Shown one piece after another: positions 54,294 to 63,837 of a stretch of 64,000 bases of DNA. The notes beneath the pieces were generated by a model, which saw only the letters and a list, made by a program, of their open reading frames with translations, had not been told where the DNA came from and ran no database searches. The DNA lies in IMG/VR virus record IMGVR_UViG_3300030019_000576; one strand, written 5' to 3'. The position numbers and the translations under genes were made by a program. This DNA is from a virus. Every line of letters begins with the position of its first letter. The stretch's first letter is position 1.

Positions 54294-55430
54294 ATGAAAA
54301 AAATGAAAAACTTTAATGAATTTATATTTGAAGGTATAGATATCAATAAAAAACAGTTTATAGTAAACAAAATTTTATCACATTTAAAAATAAAATTGTT
54401 TTATGTATCCACTTATCAAATGTCATTCACTATGATATTACCATTGATGGAAAAATTCTTTGAAGGAAATAGATTTTCATTTGATAAAACACCATATAAT
54501 AAAACATTGTTATACATATACGCATATTCTATTTTATGCTATGAAAACAAAGATAAGTTAAGAATTATTTATGATGAACTACATTCTAAAAATATTCAAG
54601 ATAAAGAAATACAATATGCTATAAATGTTTTGAATAATATAAAATTATTATTTATTAAATTGATGGATAGTTCTGATAAGCATATTAAAACTTTCATTGA
54701 TGTATTAAAAAATAATGCATTATTTATACCTTACTTATCAGTACTTACTTCTTTGATAAATAATGAAAGATTAAATATTGAATTATTCACTGGAAAATTT
54801 GCAGATTTCCAACTTGAATTAGGGGAAGAAAACTTTAATATATTGATAATCAAGATAATAAATAAAATGAATATTATAGCAGGTGGTACAAATAAGTTAC
54901 AAAATAAAGAAAATGCAAAACCATTCTTAGTAAATGATGAATTTAAATCACCAATGTATCAATCAGAAAAACCATTTATATATGATAATCTTACAGAAGG
55001 TATAAATGATTATTTAACAGGTCCAAGTGATGAAGAAATAATGAAAAAAAATCATCTAATTGGATTATCCCCTGATAGATTATTAGTTGATTCAAGTAAA
55101 ATAGGTTATTTAGTTGGTGTAAAGAAAGCATTAGAATCGGGTGCTGATTTACATTGTGATGAAGATAACGCACTTGTATTAGCATGTAAAAATGGTAAAG
55201 CAGATGTAGTAAAATATTTAATAGAACAAGGTGCAGATGTACATACTGGAAATGATGAACCATTAAAAATGAGTGCTTTTTCAGGTTCATTAGATACATT
55301 CAAAGCTGTTATTGATTCGGGTGAAGAATTTGACGGTGAAACACAATCAATAGTAGCAGATTATGCATTTACATCTGATGCTTTAATGGATTATATAATG
55401 GAAATTTGGGAAGCAGATGATTTAAAATAA
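54294..55430 (+). CDS. ankyrin-repeat protein
   Basis: The C-terminal third has at least three ANK repeats (ALESGADLHCDEDNALVLACKNGKADVVKYLIEQGADVHTGNDEPLKMSAFSGSLDTFKAVIDSG). Confidence 0.55.
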   Translation: MKKMKNFNEFIFEGIDINKKQFIVNKILSHLKIKLFYVSTYQMSFTMILPLMEKFFEGNRFSFDKTPYNKTLLYIYAYSILCYENKDKLRIIYDELHSKNIQDKEIQYAINVLNNIKLLFIKLMDSSDKHIKTFIDVLKNNALFIPYLSVLTSLINNERLNIELFTGKFADFQLELGEENFNILIIKIINKMNIIAGGTNKLQNKENAKPFLVNDEFKSPMYQSEKPFIYDNLTEGINDYLTGPSDEEIMKKNHLIGLSPDRLLVDSSKIGYLVGVKKALESGADLHCDEDNALVLACKNGKADVVKYLIEQGADVHTGNDEPLKMSAFSGSLDTFKAVIDSGEEFDGETQSIVADYAFTSDALMDYIMEIWEADDLK

Positions 55431-55505
55431 AATAAAACATAAAATATTTTGTTATATCAAAAATAAGTCGTATATTTGTGCAATTAATTATAAATACATA
55501 AAAAT

Positions 55506-55727
55506 ATGGATGAATTAACAGTAAAAGTTAAGAACGAATTAGTCAAAAATTTAAGAATGAGTGAAGATTTGTTAGATAGAGATTATCTACATGTAGGTAT
55601 TAAATCATATACAAGACGTGAATTAGCAAATGAAATTGAAAATGAAACAGATTTTGGTATTGAATGGTTAGGACTTTCTCTTTCGGTATCACTTGATATT
55701 ATAGCACGAAATTCTAAAAAACAATAA
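55506..55727 (+). CDS. hypothetical protein
   Basis: 73-aa +-strand ORF with an ATG start. Confidence 0.4.
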   Translation: MDELTVKVKNELVKNLRMSEDLLDRDYLHVGIKSYTRRELANEIENETDFGIEWLGLSLSVSLDIIARNSKKQ

Positions 55728-55729
55728 TT

Positions 55730-55951
55730 ATGTTTAGAGACGAAAAAACAGGACAAGATTTTGCGGGTTCCCAAAATGTATGGTTAAAAAGACTTGGTTT
55801 ATATATTATAATTGTTGCAGTATTTTCAAGTTTTTTTAAAGCACATATAATATTATTCTTTGTAATTCTATTTACTATTTTAGGGTTAGCAATTTTACGA
55901 TATCTCGGTAGAGGGTTTATACAGTTTTTTAAAGATTTATTCTTTAAGTAA
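55730..55951 (+). CDS. small membrane protein
   Basis: Two TM helices; followed directly by a terminator. Confidence 0.4.
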   Translation: MFRDEKTGQDFAGSQNVWLKRLGLYIIIVAVFSSFFKAHIILFFVILFTILGLAILRYLGRGFIQFFKDLFFK

Positions 55952-55987
55952 AAAAAAAGGTTGATTTAATTATCAACCTTTTTTCTT
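55951..55987. terminator. bidirectional rho-independent terminator
   Basis: AAAAAAAGGTTGAT-ttaatt-ATCAACCTTTTTTC. Confidence 0.65.
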
Positions 55988-56568
55988 TTTATATTCATTA
56001 TTTTATACATTCTCAAATATACCGCTATATCATCTAAGAATTCTAATGTTATATCCTTAAAATCATTATGTTCCTTCAAAATAGATATATGATTATACGT
56101 TTGTTCATTATTAAGACTTCCATTAACAAATAGCTGTATATTCTTTAACTTCACTTGTTCCGATATGATTTTAATATCTTCTTCATCTTTTTGAATATTA
56201 CTGAAATCATCAATCATTAAAACATCAATAGGACTATTATTTATTGCTTGCATTAAATAAATAATATTATGTACTATTAATATTTTTGTATTTGCAACAC
56301 GTATTACATTTATTGAATTATGTAAAGCTAATAATTTTGATTCTTCTGATTCATCATTTAAATCACGTAATATATCAAAAACAGTATGAATAGAATTTCT
56401 ATTATTTATTAGTATAACTATGTGTTTATTATCATTTTCATATGCATATCTTGATACACAATATAATTGTGTTTGTGTTTTACCTACCATATTTTCTGAA
56501 AAAAAAGAAAAATTTTTGTCACTAATATAGTCACATATTAAATCCATTTTATCCTTATCAATTTTCAT
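55966..56568 (-). CDS. RecA/DnaB-like P-loop ATPase (tentative)
   Basis: NMVGKTQ (a degenerate Walker A with GKT) and VLMIDD (Walker B-like); 200 aa. Confidence 0.35.
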   Translation of the reverse strand: MKIDKDKMDLICDYISDKNFSFFSENMVGKTQTQLYCVSRYAYENDNKHIVILINNRNSIHTVFDILRDLNDESEESKLLALHNSINVIRVANTKILIVHNIIYLMQAINNSPIDVLMIDDFSNIQKDEEDIKIISEQVKLKNIQLFVNGSLNNEQTYNHISILKEHNDFKDITLEFLDDIAVYLRMYKIMNIKRKKVDN

Positions 56569-57013
56569 TTCTTATATTGTTTAAAATTCTTTCAATTTTT
56601 TGTCTTCTTAATAATAGTTGCACTTCATGCATATCAACATGATTATCATAATAGTCCGATGTAATTGTTAGTTCTATATCCCCATAATTATTTTCATCTT
56701 CACAAATAGGAATTGAAAAACTTCTTAATATACTATTATATAAATGATATGATTTTGTATTATCTAAAAATAAATAAATATCACTTACTTTATATGAAGA
56801 AGATATTCCGAATGTTTTGTTACATCTTAAATACCAATCACGTATTTCTGTAAATACTGATGGGATAAAAGAAATTGTTATATCATGTTCAATATTAACA
56901 TTAATATTCTTATTTGTAAATACGGATGTCTGATATATAGCATTATTTTGAACAGTGCTGTGAATTGAGTTTATTTGAGTGTTAATGTTTAAATCGGGTA
57001 TTATTAATAACAT
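56558..57013 (-). CDS. hypothetical protein carrying the EKIEKI-type tail
   Basis: Ends in LLLRRQKIERILNNIRNEN, the same tail and junction seen in the 13.3-14.7 kb family. Confidence 0.4.
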   Translation of the reverse strand: MLLIIPDLNINTQINSIHSTVQNNAIYQTSVFTNKNINVNIEHDITISFIPSVFTEIRDWYLRCNKTFGISSSYKVSDIYLFLDNTKSYHLYNSILRSFSIPICEDENNYGDIELTITSDYYDNHVDMHEVQLLLRRQKIERILNNIRNEN

Positions 57014-57067
57014 ATACCATTTTATTTTTATATATTATATAATATATAAAATGTTTATTATTAAATT

Positions 57068-57100
57068 AAAAAAGGTGTATTATTTCTAACACACCTTTTC
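57068..57100 (-). terminator. rho-independent terminator after clpP
   Basis: AAAAAAGGTGTattatttctaaCACACCTTTTC. Confidence 0.55.
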
Positions 57101-57104
57101 AGTT

Positions 57105-57785
57105 TTAATCCATTCCAATGATTTTATCAATTGCACCGTATTCTTTAGCTTCAACCGAAGTCATCCAATAATCACGTTCACAATCTGCTGAAACTTTTTC
57201 AAGTGGTTGACCAGTCCTGGTTGAAATAATTTCATATAATTCATTCTTTAAAAGTTGAATTTGTTTGTATGTTATTTCAATTTCAGTTGCTTGACCTTGA
57301 ACACCCCCAAGTGGTTGATGTTGCATTAACCGTGAATGTTTTAAACAAGACCGATTTTTTCCCGATATAGATAGAATGTATGCCATACTTGCAGCAATAC
57401 CTGTTACTATCGTATTTACATCCGGTTTAATAAATTCCATCGTATCAAGAATACTATATCCAGCGTAAATTCCACCACCACCACTATTAATATATAAATT
57501 AATATCAGTTTTATCTGTTGAATTCATATAAAGTAATTGTCCTGTAATAATGTTAGATACATCATCATTGATAGCTGTTCCTAAATAGATAATTCGATCC
57601 ATCATCAAACGACTAAATACATCCATTGAAGCAACGTTTAACTGTCGTTCTTCAATGATAGTTGGATTAATATAACTGCTACTAAGTGTATTAGTAAATT
57701 TGCGATAACTATCTAAAGTTGTAGAACTTATACCTTGTGATTTTAAAAATAAGTTCACATCTTTTTGAAATTTTTGTTCGTTCAT
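57105..57785 (-). CDS. clpP: ATP-dependent Clp protease proteolytic subunit, with an N-terminal extension of about 45 aa
   Basis: GIAASMAY (catalytic Ser), LMQHQPLGG (His) and ERDYWMT (Asp) are intact; YINSGGGGIYAG is the INSPGG loop. Confidence 0.75.
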   Translation of the reverse strand: MNEQKFQKDVNLFLKSQGISSTTLDSYRKFTNTLSSSYINPTIIEERQLNVASMDVFSRLMMDRIIYLGTAINDDVSNIITGQLLYMNSTDKTDINLYINSGGGGIYAGYSILDTMEFIKPDVNTIVTGIAASMAYILSISGKNRSCLKHSRLMQHQPLGGVQGQATEIEITYKQIQLLKNELYEIISTRTGQPLEKVSADCERDYWMTSVEAKEYGAIDKIIGMD

Positions 57786-57814
57786 AATTTATTTGTTTTA
57801 AAATTGTTTTTATA

Positions 57815-58879
57815 TTATTTAAAATTGTTAAGTTTTGAAAGTTGATTTAATAATTCTTCTTCTTCATCCGTTATTTGTTTTGGTATTGTTAAATTAACAA
57901 CTACTAATAAATCACCTCTATTACCACGTTGGTCTGCTAATCCCTTACCTTTAAGTTTTTTAACATCATTTGGTTTAGTGAATTTATTTATTACTATTTT
58001 AACATCACCTTCTAACGCTGGTATAATTGCTTCACCACCTAATATTAGCTTAGTATATGGAAGATATAAATTAAATATAAGATTTTGTCCGTCTCTTTGT
58101 AATTGTGTATTATTAATAACATCTATAAATATAATAAGATTCCCATAAATTCCACCATTTCCTGGTCTAATAGGTGAATTACCTTTACCACTTGCTTGAA
58201 ATTTATCACCATGATTAATACCTTTTGGTACGTTCACATTTAATTCTGTTTCTTCCTTTACAACACCAGTACCTTTACATTCATTACATTCATGTGTAAT
58301 AATATATCCATCACCTTTACATTTAGGACAGTCAACAGTTGACATAATTATGGTTGAACCCATTTGTCTTTTCATGTTTACCTTACCCGAACCATTGCAA
58401 TCTGAACAAGTATCGTGTTCCCCACCCCAACCATCACAAGATTTACATTTAACTTCACGATTATATTTAATCTTTTTATCTAACCCACTGATAACATCAG
58501 TTAAATCAATAGAAATTTTTAATTTAATATCATATCCACGTTTTATATTACGATTTGGTTGTGATTGAAATCCACCACCAAATCCACTGAATCCACCGAA
58601 TGCACTACCAAACATATCAGCGAATATATCACCTGAATTAAATCCACCAAACCCTGTTGGACCATCTGGATTACCATAGTTATCATAATTAGATTTTTTA
58701 GCATCATCACCTAAAACAGAATATGCTTCTGAAAGGTCTTTAAATTTTTCTTCGAAATCTTTATGTTCAGGATTCTTATCAGGGTGATATTTTTTTGCTA
58801 AGTTTCGGTATGCTTTTTTAATATCATCTTTTGATGTATTTTTATCTACACCTAAAACTTCATAATAATTTTTTGACAT
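57815..58879 (-). CDS. dnaJ: molecular chaperone DnaJ (type I: J domain, G/F region, four CxxCxGxG repeats, C-terminal domains)
   Basis: YYEVLGV...[13 protein letters not shown] includes the HPD motif. A G/F-rich linker follows, then [32 protein letters not shown]. Confidence 0.8.
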   Translation of the reverse strand: MSKNYYEVLGVDKNTSKDDIKKAYRNLAKKYHPDKNPEHKDFEEKFKDLSEAYSVLGDDAKKSNYDNYGNPDGPTGFGGFNSGDIFADMFGSAFGGFSGFGGGFQSQPNRNIKRGYDIKLKISIDLTDVISGLDKKIKYNREVKCKSCDGWGGEHDTCSDCNGSGKVNMKRQMGSTIIMSTVDCPKCKGDGYIITHECNECKGTGVVKEETELNVNVPKGINHGDKFQASGKGNSPIRPGNGGIYGNLIIFIDVINNTQLQRDGQNLIFNLYLPYTKLILGGEAIIPALEGDVKIVINKFTKPNDVKKLKGKGLADQRGNRGDLLVVVNLTIPKQITDEEEELLNQLSKLNNFK

Positions 58880-58931
58880 ATATACGTAATTTCTTTTTGG
58901 TTATTATATTCAAAAAATACAAAAAAGTTTA

Positions 58932-59327
58932 TTAATATTTATGTCTAAATGCATACACATAATTATTATCACAGTTTAAGAAAACACTATATGTAACATC
59001 ACCTTTTTCTTCACGTGTATTACCATTTAAATGTATATATTTTGTTAAGTAATAATATTCAAATGATTTTGCTGTTTGAAAATCTTTTGTTACAACTGAT
59101 GTATGATCACAATATCCACGTTCATCAAAAGTATAAATAATTACATTCCCTCTTACATTAACCAACATCATTGATGTATGGTTTTTATCATTCATAGTGG
59201 TTATTTTAAACCCCTTGAATTCTTTCATAACTTCATTTTTTTCTCTGCCTATTCTTTCGTAATCTTGGGAATATGTAGAAATTGATAATGATAACAGCAT
59301 TGCTAAAAATACCAAAATCTTTTTCAT
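58932..59327 (-). CDS. secreted hypothetical protein
   Basis: Signal peptide MKKILVFLAMLLSLSISTYSQ. Confidence 0.45.
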   Translation of the reverse strand: MKKILVFLAMLLSLSISTYSQDYERIGREKNEVMKEFKGFKITTMNDKNHTSMMLVNVRGNVIIYTFDERGYCDHTSVVTKDFQTAKSFEYYYLTKYIHLNGNTREEKGDVTYSVFLNCDNNYVYAFRHKY

Positions 59328-59435
59328 TTTTTCATTTATACATTTATTTTTTTAATATTAATTAAACTATATATTGTTTATATTTATCTATATACTGCTT
59401 TATTATTAAAAGTTTAAAAAAAAGTTAAAATAATT

Positions 59436-60614
59436 TTATACATCATATATTGGACATCCAATATTACATTTTCTACATGCTGAAACCTTGTCACCAAAAT
59501 CAGTTGTTTTTTTATTAAACCATACATCAGTCATAAAATCATTACAATTTGAAACCATTATACCTTGTTTCCAACCATCGGTACCTTCTGTAAATGAACA
59601 AGGAAAATATTCTGAATTAACATTAATATATGCTGAATATTTTCCACCTGCTTCACATGGTTCAATAAAAGTTTTCATATATTCATATTCAGTATTTTTA
59701 TTTATGAAAATATTTGCTTTTGCAGCAGAACAACTATCAAATCCTATACTAATTTTGTTATCAATTGCAAATTTAAAAAGATTGTCAAATTTTTCTTGTG
59801 ATAAATTAGTAAATCTACCAACACTTCTACCTTTTTCTTTAAGTGATAAAAATACAATACTTCTTAATTCAGATAATCTAATATCAGATTTTATATCATT
59901 CAAAATTTCAAATGCATTATCATAAGTTTCTTCTGAAATCATAACATGCAAATTACATTGTTTCAATCCTTTATCAGTTAGTTTTTTTACCGTATCATAT
60001 GATTTATCTTTATCATATACACTAACTGCAACTGCACCACAATATTTAACTAATTTATTAATATCATCATCAGTTGCTTCACCGTTTATTGTTATAGTTG
60101 GTATAATATCATTTGATTTAGTATAGTCTAATATATCCCATAAATCAGGACATAAATCAATGCTACCGATACCAAAAGCAATAGATGTTACAGATGGTGG
60201 TAATTTATGGAAAGTGTCTTTAAAGTCTTTAAATGAAATATTTTTACCATTTTTTATTGTATTGCTTTTATAACAAAATGCACATCCCATACTACATTTT
60301 TCACTAATTTCCCAATCAACAATTTCAGGTGCAGTTACACTAAAATCACCATCTGTTTTTAAATCAGTAAAAAATTCGTGTATATTTATTTTTACACCCC
60401 ACATATTAGACCATATACGATGTAATTTAATATCAAAAAGATTAAATCCTTTTTCTAAATTTGTATAATCACCTTTTCCCCAACGAATAAAAAAACCCGT
60501 TTGTTTATTAAATAAAAAATTATATTTTTCACTTTTAAGTGCTTTAAAAAGTGATGTATCAATAATAGTTGCTACATCACCATTTATCAAAATAATATTT
60601 GTTGTTTTAATCAT
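59436..60614 (-). CDS. radical SAM / SPASM-domain protein (anSME- or RiPP-maturase-like)
   Basis: EKCSMGCAFCY is the CxxxCxxC cluster. The C-terminus has a Cys-rich SPASM-like region (CEAGG...CSF...CND...CRKCNIGCP). Confidence 0.6.
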   Translation of the reverse strand: MIKTTNIILINGDVATIIDTSLFKALKSEKYNFLFNKQTGFFIRWGKGDYTNLEKGFNLFDIKLHRIWSNMWGVKINIHEFFTDLKTDGDFSVTAPEIVDWEISEKCSMGCAFCYKSNTIKNGKNISFKDFKDTFHKLPPSVTSIAFGIGSIDLCPDLWDILDYTKSNDIIPTITINGEATDDDINKLVKYCGAVAVSVYDKDKSYDTVKKLTDKGLKQCNLHVMISEETYDNAFEILNDIKSDIRLSELRSIVFLSLKEKGRSVGRFTNLSQEKFDNLFKFAIDNKISIGFDSCSAAKANIFINKNTEYEYMKTFIEPCEAGGKYSAYINVNSEYFPCSFTEGTDGWKQGIMVSNCNDFMTDVWFNKKTTDFGDKVSACRKCNIGCPIYDV

Positions 60615-60975
60615 TCTTAATAAGTGTAAAATAATTATATAAAAAATCTACTAAATGAAAATCAGTATAGAATATCTGTTCTGAAATCATTGTATAAAAT
60701 CCATGTGCTTCACCATAAAGAGGAAACTTCACGTGATTAAATATAAAAGGTGCAACATTGGTGTAAAGAAATTCAAACCAATGAAGTGAAATACCTTTCC
60801 ATAAATGGTCAGAATATTTTTCTTCGTTTGACACTACTATATTATTAAAATCATAATTAAATGCACCTAAAGATGCTTCCTGTTCAAAAGTAATATTTTT
60901 ATACTGTGGTAAAACTACTTTTGCCATTTCAAGTATTCTTGAAATCTGTTCTGTTGTTAATTCAATTTTTTTCAT
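60607..60975 (-). CDS. hypothetical protein
   Basis: Co-oriented ORF that overlaps the radical SAM gene by 8 nt. Confidence 0.4.
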   Translation of the reverse strand: MKKIELTTEQISRILEMAKVVLPQYKNITFEQEASLGAFNYDFNNIVVSNEEKYSDHLWKGISLHWFEFLYTNVAPFIFNHVKFPLYGEAHGFYTMISEQIFYTDFHLVDFLYNYFTLIKND

Positions 60976-61200
60976 GTTTTATATTTTTTTAATGTTAATA
61001 ATTTTATTAGTTCTTTCGATTAAACGTTGTTTTTCATTTTCATCATTTTTGATAATTGTTCCTTCACATTGTTTAATTACCCAATCAATTTGTGATTCTT
61101 TTACATCTTGAATGCATCCATACATTCAATTAAACAAATCTTGTTGCTTACTTGTACATTGCTTGTACAGATCTAATAATTTACTTTTTTCATAAAACTT

Positions 61201-61238
61201 GAATACAAAGATAATATAAATTTTTGAATAAACAATAC
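61201..61238 (-). promoter_or_regulatory. conserved phage promoter motif
   Basis: gaatacaaagataatataaatttttgaataaacaatac. Confidence 0.45.
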
Positions 61239-61239
61239 T

Positions 61240-61770
61240 TTATTTTATTTCTTTTACTTCTAATATATTTATAATTGTTTGATTTACCCCTTTAAATGTA
61301 GTATGCTTTTTTACAGTAGCTATTATTTTAATAATATCACCTACTTCTAATTCTTTTCTTTTATTTTCACCAGTGAAACAGTATACTTCATATGTTTTTG
61401 GATTATAGAAATTAACCCTTCTATTTCCACTAAAATGGGTAGACTTTAAATGAAGTAATTCTACATCTGTCATTTTATTTCTATCCAATATACAATGAAT
61501 TACACCATCTTTTATTTCAACTTTTACAAGTTTATCGAAGAGTTCATTCGTTTGATTTCTTACTACTGTTCCAGTTATAGCACAAGTATATTCAATATAT
61601 GAAATAAACCATATTTTTCTTTCTTTAGCTATGATAGTATTACCTTCCTTATCAACAAAAGTATAAAATACATAAGTGTATTCTTCTTTATTAATAAACT
61701 TAATACCTGTTAATACAAGTTCGTGAAAGTATTGATACTTATCTATTTTACCTATAAAATTATTTTTCAT
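61240..61770 (-). CDS. hypothetical protein
   Basis: Co-oriented ORF. Confidence 0.4.
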   Translation of the reverse strand: MKNNFIGKIDKYQYFHELVLTGIKFINKEEYTYVFYTFVDKEGNTIIAKERKIWFISYIEYTCAITGTVVRNQTNELFDKLVKVEIKDGVIHCILDRNKMTDVELLHLKSTHFSGNRRVNFYNPKTYEVYCFTGENKRKELEVGDIIKIIATVKKHTTFKGVNQTIINILEVKEIK

Positions 61771-62707
61771 ATAAATTATTTTTAATCATTTTTTGTGTAA
61801 CCCAATGTTTAGAATTTGGATTTACATGATTTTTTCTAACCCATTTTACAACAGATTTACCAAAATCTTTATAACTAAAACTTTCTGCAAGTCTAATTAC
61901 ATATCCTTCTTGAAATTCAGGATTAATTGTGAATTTCTTAATAAAATCTAAATCAAATATACCACGATATAAAACTGTTACTGTTTTTAAATCTAATAAT
62001 TTACACCATTCTACGGTATCATCCCAAGACAATGCATAATTTCTATCATTCCATATATTAAATACCATAAAATAAGATGGTAAATTATCATAATGTAATG
62101 AATGTTGTGCGTATAAATTTTCACCACATATTCTCCAATTTTGTGGTATATCATAACGAATATTACCCCAAAGTCCTTTTAACCAATTTCTTGATGGGTG
62201 ATTATTAGAATCTAATGAACGTGCAAAACAGCTATCATTCATAAGTGTTGAATTTTCCCCATCCATTTTTTCAGTTATTACAATTTCCTTACCTATAAAA
62301 TATGATAAATCATATGTAATTTTATCATCAGATGTAGCACCTTCTGACCATTCCACGTGACGTGTTCTCGGATATTTCATTTTATTGTTTTCCATAATAA
62401 CTTCACCCCATTTATCATAACTTAAATCTTCATCAAACCCATCAGGTAGTATTATATTTGTAATACTTGCTTTTATTCTTAATGTTTCACAACTTAAAAT
62501 ACCATTTTCTGCTTCTATGTGGTGTTTTTCACAAAGGGAAACACCATTATTCAAATAATACCCACCATCAGTAAACTGCTTTCTATCAATTATATGGTGA
62601 ACATCAATTGCAATGCACCCACATACAACGCATTTATTAGAATCCCTTTTGAAGGTAGATTCCCTAAATTCATCACGTGTTAATAATACATTACCAATTG
62701 TTTTCAT
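61760..62707 (-). CDS. HNH-like zinc-finger domain fused to an Rnl2-type RNA ligase
   Basis: N-terminal CVVCGC...VHHIIDRK...N...CEKHH (HNH). After that: motif I ITEKMDGEN (KxDG), ICGENLYAQHS (motif III), EGYVIR (motif IV), KWVRKNH (motif V, lysines). Confidence 0.55.
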   Translation of the reverse strand: MKTIGNVLLTRDEFRESTFKRDSNKCVVCGCIAIDVHHIIDRKQFTDGGYYLNNGVSLCEKHHIEAENGILSCETLRIKASITNIILPDGFDEDLSYDKWGEVIMENNKMKYPRTRHVEWSEGATSDDKITYDLSYFIGKEIVITEKMDGENSTLMNDSCFARSLDSNNHPSRNWLKGLWGNIRYDIPQNWRICGENLYAQHSLHYDNLPSYFMVFNIWNDRNYALSWDDTVEWCKLLDLKTVTVLYRGIFDLDFIKKFTINPEFQEGYVIRLAESFSYKDFGKSVVKWVRKNHVNPNSKHWVTQKMIKNNLYEK

Positions 62708-62727
62708 TTCAATTTATTTTTAATTTA

Positions 62728-62949
62728 TTAATATTCTGGTATATCCATCCATTTAATTACATCCAAACTATAAGAAAGTTCAGAACTATCATCAACTGTT
62801 TCCCAACAATGGTCATCAGCATTAACGTATTTAATAATCCCTGGTAAAAGTTTACCACTTCTACTCCATTTTAATATTGCTAAAACTGGTTTATCAACTT
62901 CGGGTGCGTTTTCATAATCACCATCTTTTAATACTAAGTCTGTCCACAT
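62728..62949 (-). CDS. hypothetical protein
   Basis: ATG ORF with a promoter motif upstream. Confidence 0.4.
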   Translation of the reverse strand: MWTDLVLKDGDYENAPEVDKPVLAILKWSRSGKLLPGIIKYVNADDHCWETVDDSSELSYSLDVIKWMDIPEY

Positions 62950-62970
62950 ATTTTTATGTTTTAATTAATA

Positions 62971-63008
62971 ATAGACAAAGATAGTACAAATATTTCATAT
63001 ATCAAAAT
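62971..63008 (-). promoter_or_regulatory. conserved phage promoter motif
   Basis: atagacaaagatagtacaaatatttcatatatcaaaat. Confidence 0.45.
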
Positions 63009-63116
63009 TTTTACACAAAAAACCCACACCTTTTTAAAGATGTGGGAAAAGGTAGGACTTTTTACAATTGGAAGTCACTTAAAGTTATATGTTATATATA
63101 AAAATTCATAAAAAGT

Positions 63117-63536
63117 TTATGAATTTTTTAAATATTTATATCTTATTACACTTGTATCATTTAATACTGTCATTAATACACAATTGTCATCAAAATATAG
63201 AACTTGAATATCACATTTATTATTATTCGAATCAACCCCTTTCATATCATATTCTTCAACTTTATCATATTTTATATATTTTTTTGTTTTCACTTTATAT
63301 ACAGTATTAAAGTTATCCCCATTAATAAAAATTTTATTGCTTTTAATAAAGTCAAAAATAATTTTTGTGGAATCTTTTTTATACCAATTTGCATGAGTTG
63401 AATTAAGAAGAGATGGGAAAACTGTTTTAAGAATTTGTGTTTGAACATAAGGATTACTTATGATTTTTGCTTCATTTGCTTTTATGCTATTAAATGATAA
63501 TATAGCTAATACTATTAATAAGATAATTTTTTTCAT
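63117..63536 (-). CDS. secreted hypothetical protein
   Basis: Signal peptide MKKIILLIVLAILSFNSIKA. Confidence 0.45.
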   Translation of the reverse strand: MKKIILLIVLAILSFNSIKANEAKIISNPYVQTQILKTVFPSLLNSTHANWYKKDSTKIIFDFIKSNKIFINGDNFNTVYKVKTKKYIKYDKVEEYDMKGVDSNNNKCDIQVLYFDDNCVLMTVLNDTSVIRYKYLKNS

Positions 63537-63799
63537 AATTTTTATTTTTTTTTTATTTATAACAATTATTTAATATATACTACTTTCTAATTCGTTAGTT
63601 CGTGAACGTTGTTTATTTACAATCCGTTTCTTTTTTAGTATTCGTATATCATTATTTTCTATGTTATATAACATATATATCTTTATTTTAAAATAAAGTT
63701 TATGCTAAATATGTTATAAAACATGTTTTTGAACAGTTTTTTAATAAAAATCCTTTATATGCACCGTTTTATCTATATGTTACATTTATGTTAAAAATA

Positions 63800-63837
63800 A
63801 AAAACCGACATTTTAAATTAATAAAATGTCGGTTTTT
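63800..63837. terminator. rho-independent terminator
   Basis: AAAAACCGACATTTTA-aattaat-AAAATGTCGGTTTTT, a 16-bp perfect stem. Confidence 0.65.
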
